From: Candidatus Moraniibacteriota bacterium
GTDB taxonomy: Bacteria > Patescibacteriota > Minisyncoccia > Moranbacterales > GCA-2747515
Assembly (NCBI GenBank): GCA_046116545.1
Contig: CP175956.1
Location: 1,170,912 to 1,234,911, forward strand
Reading direction: 5' to 3'
Length of the DNA stretch: 64,000 nucleotides
Shown here: positions 19,843 through 30,296 of the stretch, one piece after another
Layout: each line of letters opens with the position of its first letter
Numbering within the stretch: position 1 is the first letter of the stretch
The notes under the pieces: generated by a model
The model's input: only the letters and a program-made list of their open reading frames with translations
Databases searched by the model: none
What the model was told of the DNA's origin: nothing
Made by a program: the position numbers and the translations under genes

Positions 19843-20907
19843 ATGTTTTGGCTTATATTTCGTACAACCATATATTTATCACTTTTTGCACTCATTTGGT
19901 ATGGTGGTCAATTTTATATTTCCTCAGAATTAAACAAGGACTTACATAAAATGACACCTGATACAATTTTTGTAAATAAAAAGATTTTAGAAAATCAAGA
20001 TTATGCCATAGAGCAAGATGGATCGTATACATATCCCTTTGCAACCATAACGCAAGCACTTGAAGTTATCCAAAAAGATGACACTATAACAATCATCATT
20101 TCTGACGGCTCTTATGATGAAGAGTTAATACTTCCTGAAAATACTACTCTATACGGAGATGGTGCTGTAACGATTTCACAAGGAATTGATGTTCCCTCCA
20201 TTAGGACAATAACAACTGCCAATAATACAAAATTAATAAACTTAACTGTCACTGGAGGCAATCATACAATTTATATACCACACAATACTTCTTTGACATT
20301 ATTAAATTCTACTATAAGTGGAGCTGATGACTTTGGTATAAAAATGGATAAAAAAGAACGCGCTCCCGACTTTAAAGAAAGCACAACAAATCTTGTTTAT
20401 GAATTTTTCAACAAAACAAAAGAAGAAATAGAAGCTATGCCACTTGTACGAATCAGTAACTCAACTATTACAAAAAACGATAACCAAGGATTATATCTAC
20501 AAAATGGTCGTGTTGAAATATTAAACTCTCAAGTTATAGAAAATGGAGAGGAAGGCATTGATTTACATCCTCATATGCATACCACAATCAAAAATACAAA
20601 TGCATCTAATAATGGTGAGAGTGGTCTTGAGAGTGAAATTTATGACAACATTATAATTATAGAAAATTCTACGTTTAACAATAATATAAAAAATGGATTG
20701 GGATTTATAACTTCACATGGACTTGGCAATATCACAGTATCAAATAATACAATAAATGATAATCAAAAATTTGGTATAAGGTGTGCTGTACACAAAAGTA
20801 AACCAAAGCAACCGAGACCTTTTTTCTCTTCCATGATTACGAACATTAATAATACATTAGAAAATAATATTAAAGCAAATATAGATTCTACTTGCATTAC
20901 CTTTTAA
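19843..20907 (+). CDS. Right-handed parallel beta-helix repeat protein (pectin-lyase-fold-like), membrane-anchored or secreted
   Basis: N-terminal hydrophobic segment; multiple N..I..N-type beta-helix repeats (NSTITKNDNQGLYLQNG..., NSTFNNNIKNGLGF..., NNTINDNQKFGIRC). Confidence 0.5.
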   Translation: MFWLIFRTTIYLSLFALIWYGGQFYISSELNKDLHKMTPDTIFVNKKILENQDYAIEQDGSYTYPFATITQALEVIQKDDTITIIISDGSYDEELILPENTTLYGDGAVTISQGIDVPSIRTITTANNTKLINLTVTGGNHTIYIPHNTSLTLLNSTISGADDFGIKMDKKERAPDFKESTTNLVYEFFNKTKEEIEAMPLVRISNSTITKNDNQGLYLQNGRVEILNSQVIENGEEGIDLHPHMHTTIKNTNASNNGESGLESEIYDNIIIIENSTFNNNIKNGLGFITSHGLGNITVSNNTINDNQKFGIRCAVHKSKPKQPRPFFSSMITNINNTLENNIKANIDSTCITF

Positions 20908-20928
20908 TATACTACTGAAATTCCATAT

Positions 20929-20960
20929 AAAAAACCCACCTTTATTTTAGATGGGTTTTT
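20929..20960. terminator. Bidirectional terminator between convergent genes
   Basis: aaaaaaccca/tgggttttt stem with a 13-nt loop, then T-rich. Confidence 0.5.
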
Positions 20961-21005
20961 ATTATTTTATACTATATAAGAATAGATATCTTTAAACTCT
21001 AGAAA

Positions 21006-21614
21006 CTACTGAATCATTTTTTGATAATACAAATCCACATCTTGTATCCATTTAGCAGAACCTGCTCGTGCTGCCCCATTACAACTTCCACATTTCCATA
21101 TCACCATCTTTTGTGGGGTATCATAACCTTTATCTATTAAATCATCGATTCTGCGAGCAACTGTATTTACAGCATCTTTTGGTGAATCAAAACAAGTATG
21201 TCCTCCACTCCCCATTCGCTCTTGCTTCTTTCTAAAACCCCAATAATTATAACATTCTTGTCCATTTAATTTTGGAGTTCTCTTTCCCCATGCACTTTCT
21301 TTTTTTGCAATCGCAACCAAAAATGCTGCAACTTCCCTATTTTCTGTTGCAATATATGGCGCCATCTCAGCCATTGGATAACCTTCTAACATCCTTTCTA
21401 CGTCAACAAGAATCGTAGGGTTCGGCTGATTGAATAAATATCTTCCAGCGTTTAGTAAATTTGTATCAGTATTGATTTGATATATACAAAATAAAACAAT
21501 AAAAATAAAAATATTAAAAACCACTGCAAAAAATAGCAGTGGGTGTTTATGTTCATATCCTTTTGTAACTTTATGTGTAATTTTACAAAAAGTATTTTGT
21601 TTTTTGTTTTTCAT
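21006..21614 (-). CDS. Membrane-anchored GH73-like peptidoglycan hydrolase (glucosaminidase-like), tentative
   Basis: N-terminal TM; AIAKKESAWGK...NYWGFRKK resembles the GH73 catalytic ESxWG...NxFGIK region. Confidence 0.35.
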   Translation of the reverse strand: MKNKKQNTFCKITHKVTKGYEHKHPLLFFAVVFNIFIFIVLFCIYQINTDTNLLNAGRYLFNQPNPTILVDVERMLEGYPMAEMAPYIATENREVAAFLVAIAKKESAWGKRTPKLNGQECYNYWGFRKKQERMGSGGHTCFDSPKDAVNTVARRIDDLIDKGYDTPQKMVIWKCGSCNGAARAGSAKWIQDVDLYYQKMIQ

Positions 21615-21652
21615 AAAATGAATTATGAATTTATTTTGATGTTTTTATTATA

Positions 21653-23617
21653 TCACATTCTTTTTAATTCCCTAATCTCATCCCGTATCATTGCAGCTTC
21701 TTCAAAATTAAGTGCTTTCGCTGCTTTTTTCATATCACCCTCCCTTTGTTTTATATAACCTTCTATATTTTCAATACTCGCTAACTCTACAAATTCTTTT
21801 ACTCGCTTTTTTTCATTTTCTGCCTTCTTTTTTATAATTGATTTAATATTTTTTTGAATTGTTGTTGGTGTAATATCATTCTCTTTATTATACGTCTCTT
21901 GTAATTCACGACGACGCTCTGTTTCATCTATAGCTCTTTTAAGTGAACCTGTTATTTTATCCGCATACAAAAGCACACGACCTCCAGCATTTCTAGCAGC
22001 TCGTCCTATAGTTTGAATGAGTGAGACTTCACTTCTCAAAAATCCTTCTTTATCAGCATCTAAAATCGCCACCAGTGAAACCTCTGGTAGATCAAGTCCT
22101 TCCCGAAGTAAGTTTACACCTACAAGAACATCAAACTTCCCTTCTCGCAGTTCTTCTAATATCGTAATTCTATCTAATGTATCAACATCCGAATGGAGAT
22201 ATTGAGATTTGATTTCATTTTCATCTAAATACTCAGACAAATTTTCTGCCTGCTTTTTTGTGAGTGTAGTAATTAAAACTCTCTCACCTTTTTTAATAGT
22301 TTTTCCAATTTCTTTTATCACATCAGCTACTTGTCCACCTGTAGGACGAACAATTAACTTTGGATCAAGCAATCCTGTAGGACGAATGATTTGCTCTACA
22401 ATTTGCGAGCTATTATCTTTTTCGTATTGTGCTGGAGTTGCTGATACAAAAATAGTTTGTCCCATTCGCTCTTCAAATTCAGAAAAATTAAGTGGTCTAT
22501 TATCCATCGCACTAGGAAGCCTAAAGCCATGCTCAACAAGGTTGTGCTTACGCGCTTTATCACCATTATACATTCCACCAATTTGAGGCACACTAACATG
22601 TGACTCATCAATTATCAACGTATAATCATCTGGAAAATAATCTATGAGAGTATACGGCGCTTCTCCAGTTTTTCTACCCGTTAGATATACTGAATAATTT
22701 TCTATTCCATTGCAATAACCAAGTTCTTTCATCATCTCTATATCTTGCCTTGTTCGCATCTCCAATCTTTGAGCCTCTAACAATTTTCCTTCTTTTTGAA
22801 AATAATCCAGCCTATCTGTTAGATCTTTTTCAATATGAACTATAGACTTTTCCAAAACTGGTTCAGGTACAACAAAATGCTTAGCTGGATAAATAATTAC
22901 CGTTTCCATATCTGCTCGTTTTTCTCCACTAGTTAATTCTATCTCCATAATTCTAGCAATCCTATTGCCTTTCATGATAATTCTCACAACAGCCTCACGA
23001 CCAGCTGGTACTATATCAATAGTTGGTCCAACAGCTCGAAATTTTGCTCGAGATAAAATTTCATTTCTCTCATAGTATTGATCAATAAAATTTTTTAGAA
23101 GCTCTTCTCTATCAATTTCATCACCAACCGCAAGCGTTATCATGCTTTTTTTATAAAAATCAGGAGAACCTAACCCATAAATACACGATACACTAGCTAC
23201 CACTATTACATCTTTACGAGTCAACACTGCTGCAGTTGCCGCATGTCTTAACCTATCAATCTCTTCATTAATCTGTACCTCTTTATCAATAAAGGTATCC
23301 GATGAACGCACATAAGCTTCCGGTTGATAATAATCATAATACGACACAAAATATTCCACAGCATTCTGTGGAAAAAAAGTTCTAAACTCCTGCACTAACT
23401 GTGCAGCTAAAGTTTTATTATGTGCAATTACAAGTGTCGGCTTTTGTATTTGCTCAATCACATTTGCAACAGTAAAAGTTTTACCACTACCAGTCACACC
23501 CAAAAGCGTCTGAGCATCACTGCCCGATTTCATGCCACTGACCAATTCCTTTATAGCCTGTGGCTGATCTCCTGTTGGTTCAAATTGTTTATGAAGTTTA
23601 AATTTCTGCATATACAA
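21653..23617 (-). CDS. uvrB: Excinuclease ABC subunit B
   Basis: 654 aa; Walker A GVTGSGKT, helicase motifs, a beta-hairpin region and a C-terminal UvrB/UvrC interaction helix (EEAAMIRDEIRELK). Confidence 0.95.
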   Translation of the reverse strand: MYMQKFKLHKQFEPTGDQPQAIKELVSGMKSGSDAQTLLGVTGSGKTFTVANVIEQIQKPTLVIAHNKTLAAQLVQEFRTFFPQNAVEYFVSYYDYYQPEAYVRSSDTFIDKEVQINEEIDRLRHAATAAVLTRKDVIVVASVSCIYGLGSPDFYKKSMITLAVGDEIDREELLKNFIDQYYERNEILSRAKFRAVGPTIDIVPAGREAVVRIIMKGNRIARIMEIELTSGEKRADMETVIIYPAKHFVVPEPVLEKSIVHIEKDLTDRLDYFQKEGKLLEAQRLEMRTRQDIEMMKELGYCNGIENYSVYLTGRKTGEAPYTLIDYFPDDYTLIIDESHVSVPQIGGMYNGDKARKHNLVEHGFRLPSAMDNRPLNFSEFEERMGQTIFVSATPAQYEKDNSSQIVEQIIRPTGLLDPKLIVRPTGGQVADVIKEIGKTIKKGERVLITTLTKKQAENLSEYLDENEIKSQYLHSDVDTLDRITILEELREGKFDVLVGVNLLREGLDLPEVSLVAILDADKEGFLRSEVSLIQTIGRAARNAGGRVLLYADKITGSLKRAIDETERRRELQETYNKENDITPTTIQKNIKSIIKKKAENEKKRVKEFVELASIENIEGYIKQREGDMKKAAKALNFEEAAMIRDEIRELKRM

Positions 23618-23694
23618 AAATTGTTACACATTTACATACAAAAAACAATACAGTCAGTATACAAATAAGGTACTCTATTTTTAAATAATTCTAA

Positions 23695-23736
23695 TTAAAA
23701 AAGAAATGAGATTAAATCATCCCATTTCTTTTTTGT
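23695..23736. terminator. Possible terminator downstream of the 1485-aa gene
   Basis: 8-bp stem aagaaatg/catttctt flanked by an A-run and a T-run. Confidence 0.3.
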
Positions 23737-23755
23737 GTTTTTGGTTGGTTTTACT

Positions 23756-26700
23756 TTAAACTTTAATATCCTCCCTAACAAGACCTTTCCTAACATTGAT
23801 ATTACCTTGTTTTTCAAAAGGTTGTCCTGATATTGGTTGTCCTTTTACTTTCATATTGTAATCTCCATTTTCTGCTAGAAGATAATATCTTCCTATTGCA
23901 TCTGTTACAGCGAATCCTGTTTTTTGATTTGTTTCTTTGTTATGGAGTGATACTACTGCAAAAGGTACTGGGTTTTTATCATGTTTTGTTACTGTTCCAT
24001 ATTTCTTTTGTTTTATGAAGTTATCATAAATGAACAGTGCCATATATAGAGATAGGAATATGTAATTTAGAGTTGATGGGTACAGGTAAGTTATTGCTGC
24101 TGTAGCTATAAATCCTACGTAAAAAAGAATTATGAAGCTCCATTTCTTTATTGCTGAGAAAGTTCCTGTATAGCTTTTTACTTTTTTATCTGCATATTCA
24201 TTCCAGTTTATATTCAGGGCATTCATTGCAATATTTGTTGCTAGAACTTTGTTTTCTTCTATTGTTAATGCTTCTCCTGTATATACATCTCCGTATAGTG
24301 AATCATGGTTATGAGTTAGGTCTTCTTCATATTTTGGTTTTTCTGGATGTATCAGATATGTTCCATTTGTTGTTAAGAATCCAAATCTTCCATGTTGATC
24401 TGAGTATGTTGTTTCTATTTCAAAGCCCTCTATATCAGTTAGAACTAGTTTTACTCCAGGCAATGGTTGTTTTGTTGTTTGTTCAAACACTGTTCCCCAG
24501 TTTTGTTCATTTTTTCTTCTAGCTAATATTCCTAAGAAAGGCATTATGAATATATCTGTTGCTGCCATTGGGATTGTTGTGAATAGAGGGATTGTTGTTG
24601 AAGCTAGAGCTATTAGTGTTCCTGTTGTTAATCCTACTACTGCAGCTGCTTGATATTGTTTTTCTTTTTGTTGTTCCTTTGTTGGTTCTTGTACAGGAGG
24701 ATCTGTTACTTCTTGTGCTGGTGGTTCAGGATCACTTCCTCCTTGTACTACTGGAGGAGTTACTATTTCTTTTTCTTCTCTACTAGCGCTACATGTTATT
24801 TCTTCATCATCATTTGTACATGTCCATGAAGATGATTCTCCTTGATTTGGAAATTCTGGTATATTTAATACTTCTCCTGTTTGACAGAAGTCTCCTGTGA
24901 ATTCTGATTCATCTTCTGTATATGTTTTACTTGATTCTCCACATTCTGGATTTACTATTTCTTTTGTAGGTCCTAGAGTTGTTTTTTCTGTTGTTGCTGT
25001 TTTAGAATGTGGACAGTATTCGTAGCTATCATCTTCTTGATATGATACTTTGAACCTATATTGGGTATCTTCTTCTAGGTTATCTATCTCTAGAGTTACT
25101 CTTCCACTATCAGATGGTTTATCCGTTAGTTTTATTGTTTCTTTTTCATTTGTATATAGATTCTCTACTTCTACTTTGAATTTTATTTTCTCATCTGCGT
25201 ATTCTTCATCTACTTCTACTCTTAGAGTTACTGAATCTTTTGTTATTTCTTTTATATTGTCGGTTTTGCATTCTTTTTCTTCTTCTGGATCCTCTGGGTG
25301 TATTGGTGGGGTTACTGGAGAATCACATGATGGGTCTGGTTTTGTTTTGTATGTGAAGTCTGATCCTGTGTTGTCAGGTTGTGTTGTATATGCTATCTCC
25401 CATTTATCTAGTTTTGGAGTTATTTGGTTGTCTGTTGTTTCAAATGTGAATTTTAGACAAATTTCAATATTACTCGTACTAATTCCACTTAAATCAATGT
25501 TCCTATCTACTGTACTTGGAATTAATGTTGTTATACAATTTTTATCTAGTATTTCTGTTTCTAATATGGTATTGGCAACAGAATCAACTGTTATATTTAA
25601 ATTATTCCACTCTTTTACAAATCCAACTGTACTAACAATTGTCTTATATTCTCCAGTTGCACTATAAGCCAATGGATCATAGGTTCCATCTGTGTTATAT
25701 GCTGTAAAAAATACATCTTTATCTCCATTAGAGATATGTTCATCTGACCCACCCGTTCCATCAAAATTTACCATTTCTGAAAACATTCCAATAATTCTAA
25801 CATCTTCACCATGTACCCATGGTTTTATAGCATAATCGCCACCAACTCCACCAAACGTACGTGTCCATCCATATGTTCCATCTGCATTATATCTAGTCAA
25901 AAATGCATCTTCCATTCCGTTTGAAGCATGTTCATCTGTTCCACCGGTTCCATCAAAATTACCATCCTCCCAAAAATATCCAGATACATAAATATTATTA
26001 GCACCATCAACTGCAACACCATTTCCAGTACCAGCCCCAAATGTGCGTGTCCATTCATATGTTCCATTTGTAGCATATTTTGTTAAAAATACATCACTAG
26101 TTCCGTCTGCTACATGCACATCACTACCACCACCCGTATCAAAATTCACAGAATCAGAAAAAGTTCCCACAATAAGTATATCTCCATTTATATCTATTAC
26201 ATTACCAAATCCCCTATCTTGATTGGTAGCTCCAAATGTACGTGTCCATCCATATGTTCCATCTGCATTATATCTTGTTAAAAATACATCATTACTTCCA
26301 TTAGATGTATGATTATCTACGCTACCACTAGCATCAAAATCAAATACACCTGTAAAGGAACCCGTTGAAAATACACCACCAAAAGAATCAACTGCTAGAG
26401 AATTGGCACTTCCATCTTGCACGCCTCCAAATGTACGTGTCCATCCATATGTTCCATCTGCATTATATCTTGTTAAAAACATGTCACTTGTTCCACTACT
26501 TACCGTATGCATATCTGCTCCACCAGTATCATCAAAATTTACAGTAGCATGGAACACACCTACTATAAAAACATTTCCGCTAGCATCAATGCCAATATGC
26601 CCTGCTTCATCAGGTCCACAGTGCGTCATCATACAATCTGCACTACCTAGACCGATTACGCGTGTCCATCCATATGTTCCATCTGCATTATATTTTGTTA

Positions 26701-28213
26701 AAAATCCATCTGCACCTTCGTTATGATCATGCCGAATATCTGTTCCAATACCTGCATCAAAATCAACAGAGTTCTCAAATGATCCAGTCATGAATATATC
26801 TCCCGATGCATTAACAACAATTGAATCAGGGTGATCAAAACCACTTCCACCAAATGTACGTGTCCATCCGTATGAACCATCTGCATTATATTTTGTTAAA
26901 TATGCGTCTGCAAATCCACCATTAGACGTGTGAATATCAACTCCATCAGTAGCATCAAAGTCAACATCATTTGAAAAAGAACCTGTCAAAAAAGTATTAT
27001 CATTACTATCCATAGCCATAAAACTCCCAGAATCCCAACCAACACTACCAAAAGTACTAGCTCTCATAGTTCCCGGTACATAATCCAAAGCTACCATACC
27101 ATTTCCATCACTTACAACCTGCGTATTTGTTAAATCTCCTATGAACTCACTCTCAATATCTTCTTTTTTTGTAACTTTTTCTTGTGAAATCATTTTCAAT
27201 TCAGTAACATTACAATCCTTTCCTTCACTATCAGGGACTGGCGCATAATCCCAAGAAACTCTATTATTATTTGAATATAAAAATGAAGTTGTGTCTGGGT
27301 GTGTACTTTCTTCAGAACCTATTTCATAACACTCACATTCTGAAACTGTTTTTATTATTGTCGTATCCCCTGGTGCCGCAGCTCTATCTGCATTACAACT
27401 TTGAGTTTCACCGTTAGATAGACAATTCCAATGCACTATTTGTTCATAGTCTGGAAAAGCAGGAGCAACATCAACCACTCCAACGTTACAAAAAGTTCCA
27501 TCAAAAGCTGTTTCATTTGCTGTATATGTACGTGCTGCTATTCCACATTGTGGCACAATATCTTCAGCAAGAACCTCTAGCTCATTGATTTGAGGGTCAA
27601 CTGTACTTGTGGTAGTTGTAGTAGTTGTGGTTGTAGTTGTATAATAGTGAAAATTTTGATTTGTATAATAGTTAGTATAACACGTATATGTCCCTGACAT
27701 TGACGTGCACATAAAACCTGTATATGTAGTTGTAGTTATAGATTGATTTTGATTTTGATGTGGATTTTGATGTGGGTTTTGAAAACTACTTCCTCCATCA
27801 TGAAATTCAAACTTGATATACCTACCAGTTGCATCAAAAATGGGTGATTCTTGCCACGAGGCTAATGGATTCGGCTCCCAATTACTAATAACTGGAAATA
27901 TAGGAAAATTATCGGGATCCTCAGAAACAAAAATTTCAACAGTTGAAAGTCCTCCTGAATCATTAATATATAAACGAGCTTGAGTAATAGATTTTGATAT
28001 GCCAAGGTCATATATTGCACTAGCATTGGGAACCTCATGTAAATATTCATTCCCAGTTGATGTATTCTGATCGATTGTCAAATCAGCTGATCCCCAACTA
28101 CCATCAACATCGTATACAGAAACGGGAGTTTGCCATGCTGCACTTGCAGTATGAGTCACCGCCAAAGACACGCTAAAAAGAAAAATTAAACTACTTATTT
28201 TAATTTTATACAT
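23756..28213 (-). CDS. Large (1485 aa) secreted surface protein with eight SBBP-type beta-propeller repeats, a poly-Thr linker, an FN3-like region and C-terminal TM segments with CarboxypepD_reg-like domains
   Basis: Signal peptide; eight repeats of DGTYGWTRTFGG...; TTTTTTTTTTST tract; C-terminal hydrophobic helices. Confidence 0.75.
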   Translation of the reverse strand: MYKIKISSLIFLFSVSLAVTHTASAAWQTPVSVYDVDGSWGSADLTIDQNTSTGNEYLHEVPNASAIYDLGISKSITQARLYINDSGGLSTVEIFVSEDPDNFPIFPVISNWEPNPLASWQESPIFDATGRYIKFEFHDGGSSFQNPHQNPHQNQNQSITTTTYTGFMCTSMSGTYTCYTNYYTNQNFHYYTTTTTTTTTTTSTVDPQINELEVLAEDIVPQCGIAARTYTANETAFDGTFCNVGVVDVAPAFPDYEQIVHWNCLSNGETQSCNADRAAAPGDTTIIKTVSECECYEIGSEESTHPDTTSFLYSNNNRVSWDYAPVPDSEGKDCNVTELKMISQEKVTKKEDIESEFIGDLTNTQVVSDGNGMVALDYVPGTMRASTFGSVGWDSGSFMAMDSNDNTFLTGSFSNDVDFDATDGVDIHTSNGGFADAYLTKYNADGSYGWTRTFGGSGFDHPDSIVVNASGDIFMTGSFENSVDFDAGIGTDIRHDHNEGADGFLTKYNADGTYGWTRVIGLGSADCMMTHCGPDEAGHIGIDASGNVFIVGVFHATVNFDDTGGADMHTVSSGTSDMFLTRYNADGTYGWTRTFGGVQDGSANSLAVDSFGGVFSTGSFTGVFDFDASGSVDNHTSNGSNDVFLTRYNADGTYGWTRTFGATNQDRGFGNVIDINGDILIVGTFSDSVNFDTGGGSDVHVADGTSDVFLTKYATNGTYEWTRTFGAGTGNGVAVDGANNIYVSGYFWEDGNFDGTGGTDEHASNGMEDAFLTRYNADGTYGWTRTFGGVGGDYAIKPWVHGEDVRIIGMFSEMVNFDGTGGSDEHISNGDKDVFFTAYNTDGTYDPLAYSATGEYKTIVSTVGFVKEWNNLNITVDSVANTILETEILDKNCITTLIPSTVDRNIDLSGISTSNIEICLKFTFETTDNQITPKLDKWEIAYTTQPDNTGSDFTYKTKPDPSCDSPVTPPIHPEDPEEEKECKTDNIKEITKDSVTLRVEVDEEYADEKIKFKVEVENLYTNEKETIKLTDKPSDSGRVTLEIDNLEEDTQYRFKVSYQEDDSYEYCPHSKTATTEKTTLGPTKEIVNPECGESSKTYTEDESEFTGDFCQTGEVLNIPEFPNQGESSSWTCTNDDEEITCSASREEKEIVTPPVVQGGSDPEPPAQEVTDPPVQEPTKEQQKEKQYQAAAVVGLTTGTLIALASTTIPLFTTIPMAATDIFIMPFLGILARRKNEQNWGTVFEQTTKQPLPGVKLVLTDIEGFEIETTYSDQHGRFGFLTTNGTYLIHPEKPKYEEDLTHNHDSLYGDVYTGEALTIEENKVLATNIAMNALNINWNEYADKKVKSYTGTFSAIKKWSFIILFYVGFIATAAITYLYPSTLNYIFLSLYMALFIYDNFIKQKKYGTVTKHDKNPVPFAVVSLHNKETNQKTGFAVTDAIGRYYLLAENGDYNMKVKGQPISGQPFEKQGNINVRKGLVREDIKV
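25756..27031. repeat. Coding tandem repeats (SBBP units, about 8 copies) within the 1485-aa gene
   Basis: Recurrent nucleotide motif ccaaatgtacgtgtccatccatatgttccatctgcattatat. Confidence 0.7.
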
Positions 28214-28292
28214 TTTTTTTTGATTAAATTTATATTATTAATATTATAACATACAACTACAATTCGACCCAAATAAATCATACTTTTTCAAA

Positions 28293-29492
28293 TTATTTAG
28301 ATACAATCCCTATTGCAACAATAGTTCCCTTATTTAAAATTGTAACGGTGCCTAATTCATCTAACTCATCATATTTACTTACTGCAATTTTATTATCAAG
28401 TGCTACGATACCTTTAAAAAGATTACCCTTGTCTTTATTTTTTCTATTTTTATTTATATATAGCTCTTTTTGTAAAACTATCTGACAAGATGCTGCTTGT
28501 GTGGCAACATTTACATAATATTGCTTTGATTCATCATATTTTTCATCACCTGTCCATACAATATCCAAAGAAATTTTCTTCGTAGAATATACAATATCAC
28601 TCCCATCCATGAGAATATCACCTCTTTTTACATTTGCCTCGTCATTTAACTGTACCAATGCTAAATCGCCCCTATTGATCTCATTAATACAATCTCCCGA
28701 ATTATTTTTTATATTTATAATCTTATACTTTTCTTTATTAATTATATTTAGAACTTCATCTGAACCTTTATCCATACTACCCGACAGAACCTTCCCTGCA
28801 ATATATTTCACCCCACTTATTTCATATATATCTTGTACAGAAAACACAAAATCACTTCTAGAAGTCTCTTTCTCTATTTTCATACTTATCAATGACTCAA
28901 TGACTGACAAACCAGTATACCACTTACACAAGTTTTGATTTTTTACAACATTGATACCTTTTTGTGCTGAAATCGGAATAATATTATCAATATTAATCCT
29001 TAATTCTTTACAAATTTTATTGATTTGTTTTTCAATTTCAGAAAATTGCTCTTTACTACAATTAATCCTGTCCATTTTATTTATGACAACTGTAATATTC
29101 CTCACTTCAAACAAAGATAATATATTCAAATGATGTATCGTTTGTTCTTGTATCCCCTGTAATACATCAATGACTATAAGCGCATAATCAACTTTTGATA
29201 TACTAGTTATCATTCTATCTATATATTCAGCATGTCCTGGAACATCAAAAAAAATACAACTTCTATTGTTAATATCAACAGCAACCCGCATAGAATTAAT
29301 TGTTTTCCCCTGTTTTTGTTCTTGTTCAAATGAATCAAGGAGATATGCAAAATTTATATTATCCACAACATCAATATTTAATCCTTCTTTTTTACTTTTT
29401 GAAATATTATCTGTATCAAATAACAACCTGCCAAGTAACGTCGACTTGCCATGATCAATATGTCCAACAATCGCTATGTTTAATTCACTCAT
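28293..29492 (-). CDS. cysN: Sulfate adenylyltransferase subunit 1-like GTPase (CysN/NodQ-like)
   Basis: G1 [10 protein letters not shown]3 DVPGH and G4 NKMD motifs; lies immediately downstream of cysD with no gap. Confidence 0.6.
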   Translation of the reverse strand: MSELNIAIVGHIDHGKSTLLGRLLFDTDNISKSKKEGLNIDVVDNINFAYLLDSFEQEQKQGKTINSMRVAVDINNRSCIFFDVPGHAEYIDRMITSISKVDYALIVIDVLQGIQEQTIHHLNILSLFEVRNITVVINKMDRINCSKEQFSEIEKQINKICKELRINIDNIIPISAQKGINVVKNQNLCKWYTGLSVIESLISMKIEKETSRSDFVFSVQDIYEISGVKYIAGKVLSGSMDKGSDEVLNIINKEKYKIINIKNNSGDCINEINRGDLALVQLNDEANVKRGDILMDGSDIVYSTKKISLDIVWTGDEKYDESKQYYVNVATQAASCQIVLQKELYINKNRKNKDKGNLFKGIVALDNKIAVSKYDELDELGTVTILNKGTIVAIGIVSK

Positions 29493-30296
29493 TTACATAT
29501 AACCTAATGATCGTAATTTTTGCATTGCAAATTCTTTTTCCTTATCCTGTGCCCTACCATCCCTTTCATCTGTATTTTCATTTTTTAATTCCTCTATGAT
29601 CTCATCAATTGTTATCGCACTACTATTTATTGGATTTGTTATTTGTTGACATCCCAAACTACGATATCTTTTACCATTTTTTGCAAAATATAACTCATTT
29701 ACTGGCATATTTTCTTGTTTGATATATTCCCAAATTTCAACTTCAGTCCAGTTCAATATTGGATGTATACGAACATGTCCTCCATCTTCTATATTTTGAG
29801 TATAAACATCACCTACTTGTGTATCATGATTCATATAATCCCAAGAAAAATCTGATTTTCTAGGAGAAACTACTTGTTCTTTTGCACGAATTCCGTGTTC
29901 ATCAGCTCTAATACCTACAAATAATCCTTTAATTTCTTTTTCTTTAACTATATCTTGTAATGGTACTGTTTTTAAATTATGACATACTGTCACAGCATCA
30001 TGTGATTCATATGACATCCCTTCTTTTATAGCTCTTTCATTCGTTTTTATAATTAAATCTAATTCTAATTCATTAGCATAATAATCACGAAATTCATACA
30101 TTTCTGGAAATTTAAATGTTGTATCTATATGAATGACTGGAAATGGAATATTACCAAAAAATGCTTTTTTACAAAGCCAAAGTAATACAGTGGAATCTTT
30201 CCCCATACTCCAAAGTAATGCTAGATTTTTTTGTTGTGCATACATTTCACGGATGATATAAATACTTTCATCCTCACGCTCTTTCAAAATACTCAT
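29493..30296 (-). CDS. cysD: Sulfate adenylyltransferase subunit 2 (PAPS reductase/ATP sulfurylase small subunit family)
   Basis: LLWSMGKDSTVLLWL (SxGKDS PP-loop), HIDTTFKFPEMYEFRD, both CysD-like. Confidence 0.7.
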   Translation of the reverse strand: MSILKEREDESIYIIREMYAQQKNLALLWSMGKDSTVLLWLCKKAFFGNIPFPVIHIDTTFKFPEMYEFRDYYANELELDLIIKTNERAIKEGMSYESHDAVTVCHNLKTVPLQDIVKEKEIKGLFVGIRADEHGIRAKEQVVSPRKSDFSWDYMNHDTQVGDVYTQNIEDGGHVRIHPILNWTEVEIWEYIKQENMPVNELYFAKNGKRYRSLGCQQITNPINSSAITIDEIIEELKNENTDERDGRAQDKEKEFAMQKLRSLGYM

